Positions 28,417 to 38,718 of a stretch of DNA of 64,000 bases are shown one piece after another. The notes beneath the pieces are model-generated. The model saw nothing but the letters and a program-made list of their open reading frames with translations, did no database searches and was not told where the DNA came from. Made by a program: the position numbers and the translations under genes. Location: NCBI GenBank assembly GCA_965219995.1, contig CBDCOX010000002.1:4416001-4480000 (forward strand), in the 5' to 3' direction. The DNA is from Candidatus Latescibacterota bacterium. Its GTDB lineage: Bacteria > Latescibacterota > UBA2968 > GCA-2709665. The stretch's first letter is position 1, and the number at the start of each line of letters is the position of its first letter.

Positions 28417-29787
28417 ATGGGCAGGGAGTTCGATATCACGCCCCGGGACGTTCCCCGCGTGGACACGAAATACAGGCGAATCGTCTCCAGATTGCCGCAT
28501 CCGGATTCGATTCCCGTGCTCGAGGCCTTGCGCACTTTTGAGCCGACTTCCATGCGGGGACAGCCGCCGGTCGTATGGGACCGCGCCGAGGACGTCTGTG
28601 TCTACGACAGGTACGGGAACAGGTGGCTGGATTGGAGTTCCGGGGTGCTGGTGACCAACGCGGGCCATGGGATGCCGGAGGTGCGGAAGGCGATTCTGGA
28701 CCAGGTCAACAACGGACTTCTGCACAGTTACGTGTTCCCGAACGCCGCGAGGGCGAAGCTCGCGGAATTCCTGGTTCGACTGGCGCCAGAAGGGTTGGAC
28801 AAGGTGTTTCTGTTGACAACGGGGTCGGAGGCCACCGAAAATGCGATCAAGCTGGCCCGGACCTGGGGAATCAGCCAGGGCGGGAGCCGCAAGATCGGGA
28901 TCGTGGGTTTTGAGCGGGGATTTCACGGGCGCACGATGGGGGCGCAGCAGGCCGGCGGCATGCCCGGGCAGAAGGACTGGATCGTCAATGAGGATCCCGC
29001 CATCGTGCAGGTCGCCTTTCCGGACGGATACTGGACCGGGAATACCGATTTCGACCATTTCTGCGCGTCCCTGAAGAATAGCGGGATGAATGCCGGCGAC
29101 GTCGCGGCGGTGATCGTGGAGACCTACCAGGGCGTGGGGCCGGATTTCCTTCCTGTCGAATACGCAAGAGCCCTGGCCGAATGGTGCGGGGCGCACGGGA
29201 TCCTGCTGATCTTCGACGAGGTCCAGGCGGGGTTCGGGCGTACCGGAACCATGTGGGGGTTCGAGCACTACGGCATCACGCCGGACCTGATCACGTTCGG
29301 GAAGGGCGTGAGCAGTTCCCTGCCGCTGTCGGGCGTGATCGGCCGGACGGAGGTGATGGACCAGTACCCTCCCGGATCCATGACCAGCACGCATACCGGC
29401 AATCCGGTCTGCGCGGCGGCGGCGCTGGCCAGCCTCAAGAAAATCGTGAAGGACGACCTGGCGGGCAATGCCGCCCGGCTGGAGGCGGTCATGATGGACG
29501 GTTTGCGAAAAATCCAGGCGCGTCATCCGCGCGTGATCGGGAACTGCACGGGCAAGGGGCTGGTGGCGGGACTGCAGATGGTCAAACCGGGTCTGAAAGA
29601 GCCCGACCCGGACCTTGCCTTCGACGTGGTCGAACGCTGTTTTCACAAGGGGTTGCTGTTCTTCGCGCCCGTGGGGTCCTGGGGCCAGACGGTCAAGGTC
29701 TCGCCGCCGCTGACCATTACGGCGGACGCCGTGGTCGAAGGGTTGGCGGTGCTGGCTGAGTCGGTGGACGAGGCCGTGGGAAATTGA
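28417..29787 (+). CDS. Class III aminotransferase (GabT-like)
   Basis: GSEATENAIK, FHGRT, FDEVQAGFGRTG, TFGKG. Confidence 0.88.
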   Translation: MGREFDITPRDVPRVDTKYRRIVSRLPHPDSIPVLEALRTFEPTSMRGQPPVVWDRAEDVCVYDRYGNRWLDWSSGVLVTNAGHGMPEVRKAILDQVNNGLLHSYVFPNAARAKLAEFLVRLAPEGLDKVFLLTTGSEATENAIKLARTWGISQGGSRKIGIVGFERGFHGRTMGAQQAGGMPGQKDWIVNEDPAIVQVAFPDGYWTGNTDFDHFCASLKNSGMNAGDVAAVIVETYQGVGPDFLPVEYARALAEWCGAHGILLIFDEVQAGFGRTGTMWGFEHYGITPDLITFGKGVSSSLPLSGVIGRTEVMDQYPPGSMTSTHTGNPVCAAAALASLKKIVKDDLAGNAARLEAVMMDGLRKIQARHPRVIGNCTGKGLVAGLQMVKPGLKEPDPDLAFDVVERCFHKGLLFFAPVGSWGQTVKVSPPLTITADAVVEGLAVLAESVDEAVGN

Positions 29788-30012
29788 GCGGCGAAGGGGA
29801 TTCTCGAAAGCTGTTGGGCGATACAGGGTGCATGGTTCGCGAGTCATCCATCTCCATCCCAACAATGGCCCGTCGAGACCCTTTGCGGAAAACGATCTGA
29901 AGGTGGGGCGGACATTCCTGTCTGCCCTTTCAATTGTCCCCCTGGCGGTGCGTAGACAGAAGCAAGACAGATCGGGATCGTCGCTGACTTCTGTCTGTAC
30001 GGAGGAACGACT

Positions 30013-31200
30013 ATGGATTTGTACGAGAAGTACAGGCTGACTCGCGTCATCAACGCGTGCGGCAAAATGACCCATCTGGCGGGAGCGATCGTACTGCCCG
30101 ACGTGGTGGAAGAGGTGACGCAGGCAATGGGCTGCTTCTACGATTTGGACGAGCTCCAGGACCGCGCGGGGGAGGTGATTGCACGCGCCACGGGCGCCCA
30201 GTGGGGGTGCGTTACGGCGTGCACGGCCGCGGGCATATCGCTGGGGGTGGCGGCGGCGATGACCGGAAACGACCTGGGCCGGGTCTGGCAACTTCCGGAC
30301 ACGACCGGAATGGCCGACGAGGTTATCATTCAGAAGGGACACGCGGTGAACTTCGGCGCGCCCGTGACGCAGATGATCCGGCTGGCCGGCGCCGCTGCAG
30401 TGGAGGTGGGGACGGTGCACCGTTCGACCGAGGAGCAACTCAGGCACGCCTTTGGAGACCGGACCGCGGCCGTGGTATTCGTGGTGTCGCACCACACTGT
30501 CCGGTACGGCGCCCTGCCCCTGACTCGCGTGGTCGAAATCGCACACGAACACGGCGTTCCGGTAATCGTCGACGGCGCGGCGCAATCGTTTGTCATCAAA
30601 GAAATCCTGGGCGCCGGGGCCGACCTGGTCGTCTGCAGCGGTCACAAGTATCTCTCGGGCACCACGGCAGGCGTGGTCTGCGGCCGTGAGGACCTGGTGC
30701 GGGCGGTGAACCTGCAGAACCGGGGGATCGGAAGGCCGATGAAGGTGGGCAAGGAGGGAATCGTCGGCGCGATGGCGGCGCTGGAGCACCGGATGCGCCT
30801 GGACGTGGCGGGCTGGGAGGCGGAGCAGAACCGGAAAATGGACCGGGTGATGTCGCGCCTGGACGGCATCGACGGCATCGGTCTCAGCGTGGATCCGGAT
30901 CCCAACGGGAATCCGTTCAGCCGCGCGCGTGTGTCGGTGGACGCGGACAGAACCGGATTGAGCGCTGCCGTGATCAACCTCGCGATGATGGAGGGGGATC
31001 CGTCCATCCGGCTTCGCGCGCACCATACCGACGAAGGTTATTTCACCGTGGATGCGATGGAGATGACGGACGAGGAGGTGGAATTAACGTGCGACCGGCT
31101 GGTGGGGCTGCTCTCGGCGCCGCCCGCCGAAAAAGCGACGTTGATGGAGAGATTCGGGGACGAGGCCGCGGTGCCCGCGCAGTGGTCGTGGCTGCGCTGA
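30013..31200 (+). CDS. SelA-like PLP enzyme (DgaE D-glucosaminate-6-P ammonia-lyase-like)
   Basis: RVINACGKMTHLAG, QKGHAVNFGAP, SGHKY, GIGRPMKVGKE. Confidence 0.8.
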   Translation: MDLYEKYRLTRVINACGKMTHLAGAIVLPDVVEEVTQAMGCFYDLDELQDRAGEVIARATGAQWGCVTACTAAGISLGVAAAMTGNDLGRVWQLPDTTGMADEVIIQKGHAVNFGAPVTQMIRLAGAAAVEVGTVHRSTEEQLRHAFGDRTAAVVFVVSHHTVRYGALPLTRVVEIAHEHGVPVIVDGAAQSFVIKEILGAGADLVVCSGHKYLSGTTAGVVCGREDLVRAVNLQNRGIGRPMKVGKEGIVGAMAALEHRMRLDVAGWEAEQNRKMDRVMSRLDGIDGIGLSVDPDPNGNPFSRARVSVDADRTGLSAAVINLAMMEGDPSIRLRAHHTDEGYFTVDAMEMTDEEVELTCDRLVGLLSAPPAEKATLMERFGDEAAVPAQWSWLR

Positions 31201-31288
31201 TCTCCCGGATTGGCGCTGCGCGTCCGCTCGGATCATCCACCCGCGCATCTCCGGCAGGCGCTGAGACGTGCGGTCCATCTCCGGCGCA

Positions 31289-31933
31289 TTACAGTTTTTC
31301 GACCTTCAGATTCCGGAATTTCGCGCCCGTGCGCTGCACCTCAAGCCAGATCGACACCGGAAACTTCGGATTGAAGGGGTGGCTCAACCGAACGGTTCCA
31401 CCCTCGACCGTGAAGTGCGAGCCGTCAACCGTGCAGACCACGTCGTACCATCTGCCCGCCTCGACCTGAAAATCCGCGTCGGACTCGACATTCCAGGGCC
31501 CGTAGATTCCGGATTCGTCGAAGACTTTGCGACCGCTGTCGATCTGTATGGAATGGGGCCTGTCGTCGTCCATCGCCACGAGCATATTGTCGCCGGCGGC
31601 GTCCACGAACCCCACGATCTTGCCGTCGCTCCGTGACCGCTCGAGGAATGACACCTGGTACCGGAGTCGAAACGGTCTGTCCACGACCCTCTCGGAGATC
31701 AGGTATTGAATCCGGTTGGAAGTGGGGCATACGATCGCGCCGTCCTGAACGGTCCACTGGTCCGATAGAGGCCACCACCCCTCGAGCGATTTCCCGTCGA
31801 AGAGATCCGCGCTGCCGCCCCCCACTGTTCGCCATCGATCCAATTCGACGTCGCCGCGTGACAGCAGAAGAGCGAGCAGGACAACATTGGCCAGCAGGCT
31901 GGCGGCGGTCAGGACTTTCAGTTTCATGAGCAT
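31289..31933 (-). CDS. DUF1080 (3-keto-disaccharide hydrolase-like, ConA fold) protein
   Basis: N-terminal membrane anchor; LFDGKSLEGW...WTVQDGAI start and FRNLKV end. Confidence 0.7.
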   Translation of the reverse strand: MLMKLKVLTAASLLANVVLLALLLSRGDVELDRWRTVGGGSADLFDGKSLEGWWPLSDQWTVQDGAIVCPTSNRIQYLISERVVDRPFRLRYQVSFLERSRSDGKIVGFVDAAGDNMLVAMDDDRPHSIQIDSGRKVFDESGIYGPWNVESDADFQVEAGRWYDVVCTVDGSHFTVEGGTVRLSHPFNPKFPVSIWLEVQRTGAKFRNLKVEKL

Positions 31934-31960
31934 CCCTCAATTTCCCCCTTTGCAAACCCG

Positions 31961-33208
31961 TCAGTTGCCCAGGTGGGGCCCGCCGCCGAACATCCGGGCG
32001 ACGTCATTCCGGATGTCGCGTTCGGTCAGCGGCCAGCCGGCGTTCCTCAGCGCTTCGTATTTCCCGGCGAAAACCGGCGCGATGGCGTTGATCGAATGGG
32101 TCCATTTGTAGAGTAGCTGGTCCAGGATCCTCGCGTCGGAGTGCTGCGGCACGAATCCGGATCCGAGCAGTTCGAGGCGCTCCGCCGTGATTTCCCGGAT
32201 AATGCTGGGGTTGTTCATGAACCACCAGCAGCCGAAGGGCGTGACGTTCGGGAATTTCCTGGCGGCCACGCAGAGTTCGTGCTGGTTCTCGCGGGATAGC
32301 AGCGTGACGAGGAAGTTCACGTCGGGCCAGTCGCGGGCGATGTTCTCGAGTACGGTAACGTCCCATTTCCCCAGGCCGTCGCCGCCGTCGTGAAGCAGGG
32401 GGTTGACCCCTCGTCTGACGCCCACCATCATGGCGGCGGGAATCCCGTGATTGCGGGCGGTGGGGAAGACCGCGGCGCCCATCAATTTCGCAACGGCGGA
32501 CCCGGACGGATAGGCGAAGTCAGGCGGGAGGGAGATGGCCAGGTAACGGGCAGCCATCCGCGCGATCCAGTCGTCGAAGTAGCGGCGAAGTTCCGCAATC
32601 GTCCGGGACGAGAGATTGTCTTGTACGTCGTAACCCAGCGTATTCAACTTCGGGACCGGCGCGGGCCAGCCGACCAGGGCGCTGTCCAGCCGGAGGGCGG
32701 CTTCGAACCGCGGGTCCCGCTCGAATCCCGCCCGCCAGACGGGACCCTCGAGGTCGTCCAGGGGATCGTTGGTCATGTAGACGCGGGCGACGCGGGACTT
32801 GCTGAAAATGAGATCGACGTAGTCTTCCGGGTCCGTCTGTGAGAAGAGTGCGCGGAATTCGGACAGGGTCCCGGCCCGGGGGTTCAGCCCCAGCGAAGAC
32901 ATGACGGTCACAACGCCCAGTTGGGCTTCGGACAGCGGGCTGCCGCTTCCCGCGAAGAGCGTGCGCCAGACAACGTCGGCCTGGTGCGGTTTCGTCAATG
33001 CGTTGAACTGCGCAACGGTGACCCCGGCGGGAAGCTGTCGGCAGGTTTCGACCTTGAGATAGTGGTAGGTCAGCAGTTCGTCGGGTCCCATCAGGCAGAG
33101 CGGACCCATCTGAGTCGGATAGAGGTGGGTGTGAACGTCGACGAAGGCCTGATTCTCCAGGGCGCAGGCGACCGCTTCGCTGACCGAGAAACGGACGGTG
33201 GATGCCAT
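31961..33208 (-). CDS. Uronate (glucuronate) isomerase, divergent Bacillus-type family
   Basis: DVHTHL, ELLTYHYL, MTNDP, FGCWWF, QHSDARILDQLLYKW. Confidence 0.82.
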   Translation of the reverse strand: MASTVRFSVSEAVACALENQAFVDVHTHLYPTQMGPLCLMGPDELLTYHYLKVETCRQLPAGVTVAQFNALTKPHQADVVWRTLFAGSGSPLSEAQLGVVTVMSSLGLNPRAGTLSEFRALFSQTDPEDYVDLIFSKSRVARVYMTNDPLDDLEGPVWRAGFERDPRFEAALRLDSALVGWPAPVPKLNTLGYDVQDNLSSRTIAELRRYFDDWIARMAARYLAISLPPDFAYPSGSAVAKLMGAAVFPTARNHGIPAAMMVGVRRGVNPLLHDGGDGLGKWDVTVLENIARDWPDVNFLVTLLSRENQHELCVAARKFPNVTPFGCWWFMNNPSIIREITAERLELLGSGFVPQHSDARILDQLLYKWTHSINAIAPVFAGKYEALRNAGWPLTERDIRNDVARMFGGGPHLGN

Positions 33209-33303
33209 GACACTTCCTCTATTGACTGGACCGCGCACGGGAAAGACGCGGAACGGAGAACGTCGCGCCGAGCCGGTTTACGGAGCCTTCGCGACACCGG
33301 CTC

Positions 33304-34272
33304 TCAAGCCGTCTGGATGAGATATCCCATTTCCTTATCGACCACGTTCATCAGGGGCTCTCCGGCCAGAAAGCGCCGCAGGTTCTCCCTGAAGATTCGA
33401 AGGATATTCCCCCGTCCTTCGGGGGAGTACCCGGCGGAGTGTGGAGCGAACACGACGCTGGGCATGTCCCACAGGGGACTCGAATCCGGCAGCGGTTCCT
33501 CTTCGAAAACGTCCAGGCCGGCCCCGGCGATTCGTTTTTCCTGAAGCGCCCGGACCAGGTCGGCCTCGTTGACGATGGGACCGCGCGCGATATTCACCAG
33601 AAAGGCCGTTTCTTTCATCCGGTTGAAGCACGCTGCGTCGATGATGCCATTCGTTTTTTCGGTCAACGGCAGCGCGACGACGACGTAATCGGCGTCGGCG
33701 ATGGCGGTCAGCAGCGTTTCGGGCCGGAACAGCCGGCGAACGCCGGCGGGCGGTGTCCCAACCTGGGCGTCGACAGCGGTCACCCTGAGGCCGAGGGCAT
33801 CGAGCCGGACGGCGATGCTGCGCCCGATGGAACCCAGGCCGAGCACGCATGCCGTTTTTCCGTGGATCTGAGAGAGCGCCCCGATGTGCCGGTCCCAGAC
33901 GCGGTCCTTCCGGTCGCGTTCGAAGTGCATGAGTCCCCGCGCGTGGACGAGCATGAATGCAAGCGCCTGTTCCGCCATCGCGGCGTCGAAGGCGCCGGCG
34001 GTATTGGTAATGATCACGTCGCTCCGGATCATTTCCGGATACAGCATGGTTTCGAATCCCACGCCGATACTCTGAACCCACCTGAGTCTCTTCGCCTTCA
34101 GAAACGGGTCCCGCGGCAACCGCCCGTAGACGACGTCCGCGTCCGCAATCTCCCGCAGGAGGTCTTCGTCGGAATGCGCCGCGACCGCCCTCACGCACGG
34201 AGAAACGGATTCGAGATCTTCGCGCCACTCCGTCCAGGGTCCGGCCATAATGACGACTTTCACCGTGTCCAT
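33304..34272 (-). CDS. D-2-hydroxyacid dehydrogenase
   Basis: GLGSIG, VNIARG, LDVFEEEPLP, PHSAG. Confidence 0.9.
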   Translation of the reverse strand: MDTVKVVIMAGPWTEWREDLESVSPCVRAVAAHSDEDLLREIADADVVYGRLPRDPFLKAKRLRWVQSIGVGFETMLYPEMIRSDVIITNTAGAFDAAMAEQALAFMLVHARGLMHFERDRKDRVWDRHIGALSQIHGKTACVLGLGSIGRSIAVRLDALGLRVTAVDAQVGTPPAGVRRLFRPETLLTAIADADYVVVALPLTEKTNGIIDAACFNRMKETAFLVNIARGPIVNEADLVRALQEKRIAGAGLDVFEEEPLPDSSPLWDMPSVVFAPHSAGYSPEGRGNILRIFRENLRRFLAGEPLMNVVDKEMGYLIQTA

Positions 34273-34730
34273 CGCGATCCTTCATATGTAGAGAGGAAAA
34301 GATAGAATGCCGAAATCGCGCCAGTCCGCGCCTGAATTCCGTCCGGCGTTTTGCATTCTTACATTCATGCCGACGATCCACCGAACGCTCACCGAAGCGC
34401 CCCTCGAAAGTCGCCGGATTGACACGGGGGAACGCAATATCTATATTGGTAGTTGTTCATTCGGCGCCCGTGGAGCCAGGTTCGTCGCATTGTCGGCGAA
34501 ACTGACGGACAGTATATTTCTTTTGGCGGCGCAAGTCAAGAAGCGGAAAACGGCAGCGCATCGGGGAAGGGAACTCCGGAAGAGGAAGGCGTTCCGTATC
34601 GGAGGCGGCAGGAAACAGATGGACGGCCAACGCCGTTCGCGTACGTGGGACATTGTGGCGAATTGCTCCAGTCGGAAACCCGACCTCAGCCCCGGATTGT
34701 ACGCGAGCCAAATTTTTTTTCCGGGTTTTA

Positions 34731-34789
34731 TTGCGAATTGCCGCGATTTTACTATATTAATAACAGGATTGTCAATAAGCAGGATTGTC
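34731..34789 (+). promoter_or_regulatory. Putative promoter plus direct-repeat operator upstream of the TonB receptor
   Basis: TTGCGA-16 bp-TATATT followed by CAGGATTGTC twice (34764-34773 and 34780-34789) in an AT-rich patch. Confidence 0.45.
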
Positions 34790-34907
34790 GCAATTTTCCC
34801 CTACGTGTTCCATTCCGAACAGCAGCCGGAACAACCTCCCCAGATTTTCGAGCGGTTCGAAGGAAATTCGATAGGACCCGGTCGCAGGAGAATAGGAGAG
34901 GCTGCCT

Positions 34908-35048
34908 ATGGTGACGAAAGAGGAGTATTCTGTACCACTCTCTTTCGCGACGATGATTCGGGCGATTGAGTCCGCGAGTCCGGATCATTTATTCCTCCAG
35001 CAGGTTCAACCCGATTCTGATAAGCGTGAATCGATACACACCGTGTAA
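34908..35048 (+). CDS. Putative 46-aa small ORF in the TonB receptor leader
   Basis: AGGAGAATAGGAGAGG directly upstream of ATG; MVTKEEYSVPLSFATMIRAIESASPDHLFLQQVQPDSDKRESIHTV; below the ORF-track size cutoff. Confidence 0.35.
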   Translation: MVTKEEYSVPLSFATMIRAIESASPDHLFLQQVQPDSDKRESIHTV

Positions 35049-35075
35049 AGCCGTTGCTGCCGCCCGCCCAGAGGG

Positions 35076-37784
35076 ATGAATTCAATCGATCATATGCCCG
35101 TTTCGCGAAACCCGAAACAAAGGAATTCCGCTATGTCGTTTTGTTCCAGATTCAAAGTGACGACGTTTGTTTTCAGGTCCGTTGCGCTTACAGTAGCCGC
35201 GCTTCTCTTCATGACAGGCGTCACCTCGTCGCAGGAATCCGAGGCCACGGCCGACACCGATACTTCGGAAATTATCCTCGATGAAATCGTCGAACTCGAA
35301 GAACTGGTCGTGATCGGGTCCCGGCGGCCGCGCTCCGTAACGAAATCGGTCGTGCCCATCGACGTGGTCAGCAGCGAGGATTTCGTCAAGCAGGGCGGCA
35401 CGGATATGACCGACCTGTTGAGAAACGTGATTCCCTCCTATAACGTCAACACCCAGCCCATCAGCGACGCCGGAACGGTTGTCCGGCCGCCGAACCTTCG
35501 CGGTCTGGCGCCCGACCACGCGCTGGTGCTCGTCAACGGCAAGCGCCGGCATCGGGCCGCCGTGATCCACTGGCTGGGCAACGGCGTCGCGGACGGCGCG
35601 CAGGGCCCCGACCTGACCGCCATCCCGGCCATCGCCCTGAAACGTGTGGAGGTCCTCCGTGACGGCGCCTCGGCGCAGTATGGATCCGACGCCATTGCGG
35701 GCGTGCTTGACTTCCGCCTGAAAGACAACAACGAGGGAATGGCAGCCGACGTGAAGGTGGGGAGTTTTCAGGATGGGGAAGGGAAGTTTCTGGGCGACGG
35801 CGAGATGTTCACGGCCGCGTTCAACATCGGTCTGGGCAATGAGAACACTTGGGCCAACCTCAGCCTGGAGTATGGCAATACCGGTGAAACCGTCCGGTCC
35901 GTGCAGCGCAATGACGCTGCGGGCCTGATTTTGGCAGGCAACACCGAGGTGGCGAATCCCGCCCAGATCTGGGGCCAGCCATTCGTCCGCGACGACCTGA
36001 AAATCTTCGCCAACTACGGTGCCACACTGGGAGAGAGCGTCGATTTCTACGGTCATGCGAATTATGCCGACAAGGAAACGGAAGGCGGGTTCTATTTCCG
36101 AAATCCGCATACGCGCAGCGGCGTTTTCAAGGGCCCGTTGATCGATCTGGACGGGGACGGCGAGGCCGAGACCGCATCGCTGCTGGTCGGCGACCTCGAC
36201 GGCGTGGGCCAGGGCGGCGAGTGCGCACCGGTGCCCATTATAGACAACAAGCCCGAACAGAACGCGTGGCTTCAGGTGCGCGACGATCCCAATTGCTTCT
36301 CCTTCCTGAAGATGTTTCCCGGGGGATTCACGCCGCGGTTCGGCGCATTTACAACGGATGAGTCCATCCTCATGGGCATCAAAGGCAGCGGGATCGGACA
36401 GCAGGCGCTGGCGTCCTGGGACCTGAGCATGTCCTACGGCCGTCACGAGGCGGACTACTTCATCTTCAATACGGTGAACGCATCCATGGGGCCCGCCACG
36501 CCCACGTATTTCGATCCGGGTTCCTACGTCCAGTCGGACGTCACCGTGGATTTGGGTGTGACCTATCCTGTGAACCCGCAGGTCTTCCTTGCGGCGGGTC
36601 TGGAATACCGGAAAGAAACGTTTGAGATCGTCGAGGGCCAGATCGAGTCCTATATTATCGGCCAGCCGCTGGCCAGCCAGGGATTTCAGCCGGCGACGAA
36701 CGGCTTTTCCGGCTTCAGCAAAGTGGCCGCCGGCAGGTGGTCGAGACCGAACATCGCGGTCTACGCGGAAGGGGACATTCAGCCCTCGGACCGGGCGTCA
36801 TTTTCCCTTGCTCTGCGCCAGGAGCGTTTCGACGAATTGAAAACGTTGTCGAATACTCCGCCGTTGTCATCCGAGACGTACAATTCCAGCAACTACAAGG
36901 CTGCTTTCAACATCGGCGTAACCGAGGACACCAGGGTGCGCGGCAGTTACAGCACCGGCTTCAGGGCGCCCACGCCGGGCCAGCAGAGCGCCTTCAACAT
37001 CACCACCGAGTTCAACTTCGAGAAGAACGACCTGGTGAACAACGGAACGGTCCCGTCCACCAGTCGCGCTGCGGCGTTGAAAGGGGCAAAGCCTCTGGTG
37101 CCCGAGAAGTCCAAAAACCTCTCGCTGGGTGTCGTCCTGGATATGGGCAATGCAAGCATGACGGTCGATTACTTCGACATCAGGGTGAACGACCGCCTGA
37201 CGGTTTCGCAGGACTTTGCGCTTACTGATCCTGAGAGGGAGCAACTCATCCGGGAGGGTCTCACCAGCGCGGCTGGGCTGCAGGAATTCCGCTTCTTCAC
37301 CAACGACTTTAACTCCAAGACCCAGGGCATCGACGTGGTAATTTCGGTTCCGGTGGGGCTGGGCGCGATGAACGTCGCATACAACTACACGGGTACGAAG
37401 GTTACGGAACACAATCCGGAAATTCTGGACGATCTCCGGCTCAGGGAACTGGAGGAAAACCTTCCCAAACAGCGCGGGAACCTGACCCTGACCCAGACGC
37501 TCACGAGCCGCTGGGACGTGCTGGGCCGCATCAACTATTTCGGCGAATGGTACGACTCCGAAGACGACCAGGTGTACAGCGGCAAGGTCCTGATCGACGC
37601 CGAGACCAGCGTCTCGTTCGACGACTACAGATCGACGATTGCGATCGGCGCGCAGAACATCTTCAATACGTATCCCGACGAACACCAGAAGGCCCGGGAC
37701 AGGACGGGCAACAAGTACAGCCAGTTCAGCCCGTTCGGTTTCGGCGGCGCCTTCTGGTACGCGAAATACAGCTTTAACTATTAA
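35076..37784 (+). CDS. TonB-dependent outer-membrane receptor
   Basis: Signal peptide, EELVVIGSR TonB box, NLRGL, LVLVNGKR, RVEVLRDGASAQYGSDAIAGV, aromatic C-terminus; true start may be 35133. Confidence 0.93.
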   Translation: MNSIDHMPVSRNPKQRNSAMSFCSRFKVTTFVFRSVALTVAALLFMTGVTSSQESEATADTDTSEIILDEIVELEELVVIGSRRPRSVTKSVVPIDVVSSEDFVKQGGTDMTDLLRNVIPSYNVNTQPISDAGTVVRPPNLRGLAPDHALVLVNGKRRHRAAVIHWLGNGVADGAQGPDLTAIPAIALKRVEVLRDGASAQYGSDAIAGVLDFRLKDNNEGMAADVKVGSFQDGEGKFLGDGEMFTAAFNIGLGNENTWANLSLEYGNTGETVRSVQRNDAAGLILAGNTEVANPAQIWGQPFVRDDLKIFANYGATLGESVDFYGHANYADKETEGGFYFRNPHTRSGVFKGPLIDLDGDGEAETASLLVGDLDGVGQGGECAPVPIIDNKPEQNAWLQVRDDPNCFSFLKMFPGGFTPRFGAFTTDESILMGIKGSGIGQQALASWDLSMSYGRHEADYFIFNTVNASMGPATPTYFDPGSYVQSDVTVDLGVTYPVNPQVFLAAGLEYRKETFEIVEGQIESYIIGQPLASQGFQPATNGFSGFSKVAAGRWSRPNIAVYAEGDIQPSDRASFSLALRQERFDELKTLSNTPPLSSETYNSSNYKAAFNIGVTEDTRVRGSYSTGFRAPTPGQQSAFNITTEFNFEKNDLVNNGTVPSTSRAAALKGAKPLVPEKSKNLSLGVVLDMGNASMTVDYFDIRVNDRLTVSQDFALTDPEREQLIREGLTSAAGLQEFRFFTNDFNSKTQGIDVVISVPVGLGAMNVAYNYTGTKVTEHNPEILDDLRLRELEENLPKQRGNLTLTQTLTSRWDVLGRINYFGEWYDSEDDQVYSGKVLIDAETSVSFDDYRSTIAIGAQNIFNTYPDEHQKARDRTGNKYSQFSPFGFGGAFWYAKYSFNY

Positions 37785-37836
37785 ACTCTGCCAGCGCGCC
37801 CAATGTAAAAACGGGCGGCGCGCGTCGAGTCGCACT

Positions 37837-37882
37837 AAAAAAAACGCAACGGCAATACATCCTGCCGTGGCGTTTTTTTTTT
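37837..37882. terminator. Bidirectional intrinsic terminator
   Basis: A-tract, cgcaacggca/tgccgtggcg stem, T-tract, between convergent genes. Confidence 0.85.
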
Positions 37883-37910
37883 GGTGTCGGGTGGCGTGTC
37901 GGGGCCTGGC

Positions 37911-38690
37911 TTATCGGTAGAACACGGGACAGGTTTCCGTGTTGTCGATGAACTTGGCCAGGGTGCCCTCGGGCTGGCCGGCGGGGTGGGATTTCTCCGT
38001 ACGCATGTGGATGGCGAAACTCCTTCTGGGCGCTCCGGAGCGGTTGGGACGGCTTCCGTGAAAGGTGAGACAGTGGTGGAACGAAACGCCGCCGGGTGGA
38101 AGGACGGCCTCGACCTCCCGCCACGTTTCGCCGGTGGGAAGGGTGATCTGCTCGCGCTGCATTTCAATGTCGTCGAAGTAGAAGGCGCCCTGGTTGAGCA
38201 GCCCCCACCTGTGAGAGCCCGTGACGAATGCCATGGGGCCCGTATCGGGTCCCACGTCGGATACGGCAACCCAGGCTGTAAATAACTCGCTGCCCTCCCG
38301 CCATGCCTTCCAGTACTGCCGGTCCTGGTGCCAGCCGACGCTCACGCCGGACTCCGAGTCGTTCCTTGCAGGCGGCTTGGACAGGAGTTGGACCCACCAG
38401 ACCTGCACCCTTTTCGCACCGGTGACTTCCGCGGCAAGCCTGCCGAGATCGGGGTGGCTGACAAGCTCCAGGATGGCGCGGTTGGCGAGTTGGGGCATTT
38501 CGACTTTGCCCAGCTTGTCCGGGTCGTCGCCGGGGTTCCAATAGGAAGGCTGCGGGGGAATGCCGGTCTCGTATCTCCCGGCCAGCACGTCATCCATCCC
38601 CTCCATGGCGCGGCGGACCAGGTCTTCCGGAATCACCGGTCGTGGGTGGATGACGTAACCATCCCTCAGGTAGTCTTCGTTTAATGCCAT
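37911..38690 (-). CDS. Phytanoyl-CoA dioxygenase (PhyH) family Fe/2OG enzyme
   Basis: WHQD, TAWVA, GSHRW, FHHCLTFHGS.PN...RR. Confidence 0.88.
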   Translation of the reverse strand: MALNEDYLRDGYVIHPRPVIPEDLVRRAMEGMDDVLAGRYETGIPPQPSYWNPGDDPDKLGKVEMPQLANRAILELVSHPDLGRLAAEVTGAKRVQVWWVQLLSKPPARNDSESGVSVGWHQDRQYWKAWREGSELFTAWVAVSDVGPDTGPMAFVTGSHRWGLLNQGAFYFDDIEMQREQITLPTGETWREVEAVLPPGGVSFHHCLTFHGSRPNRSGAPRRSFAIHMRTEKSHPAGQPEGTLAKFIDNTETCPVFYR

Positions 38691-38718
38691 CGGCTACTCC
38701 TCTCAGCCCTTCGCGCTT

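Noticed and set aside
28306-31026. 906-aa minus-strand ORF
   Set aside because: Antisense shadow of the aminotransferase and SelA-like genes; no motifs; expected in high-GC DNA
30013-31200. True selenocysteine synthase SelA
   Set aside because: Shorter, DgaE-like motifs, and no selB, selC or selD nearby
34307-34969. 220-aa ORF in the intergenic region
   Set aside because: No recognisable motif, crosses the AT-rich promoter patch, and composition looks non-coding
34860-35075. Cobalamin, glycine or TPP riboswitch before the TonB receptor
   Set aside because: Diagnostic consensus elements not found by eye; kept only as an unassigned structured leader
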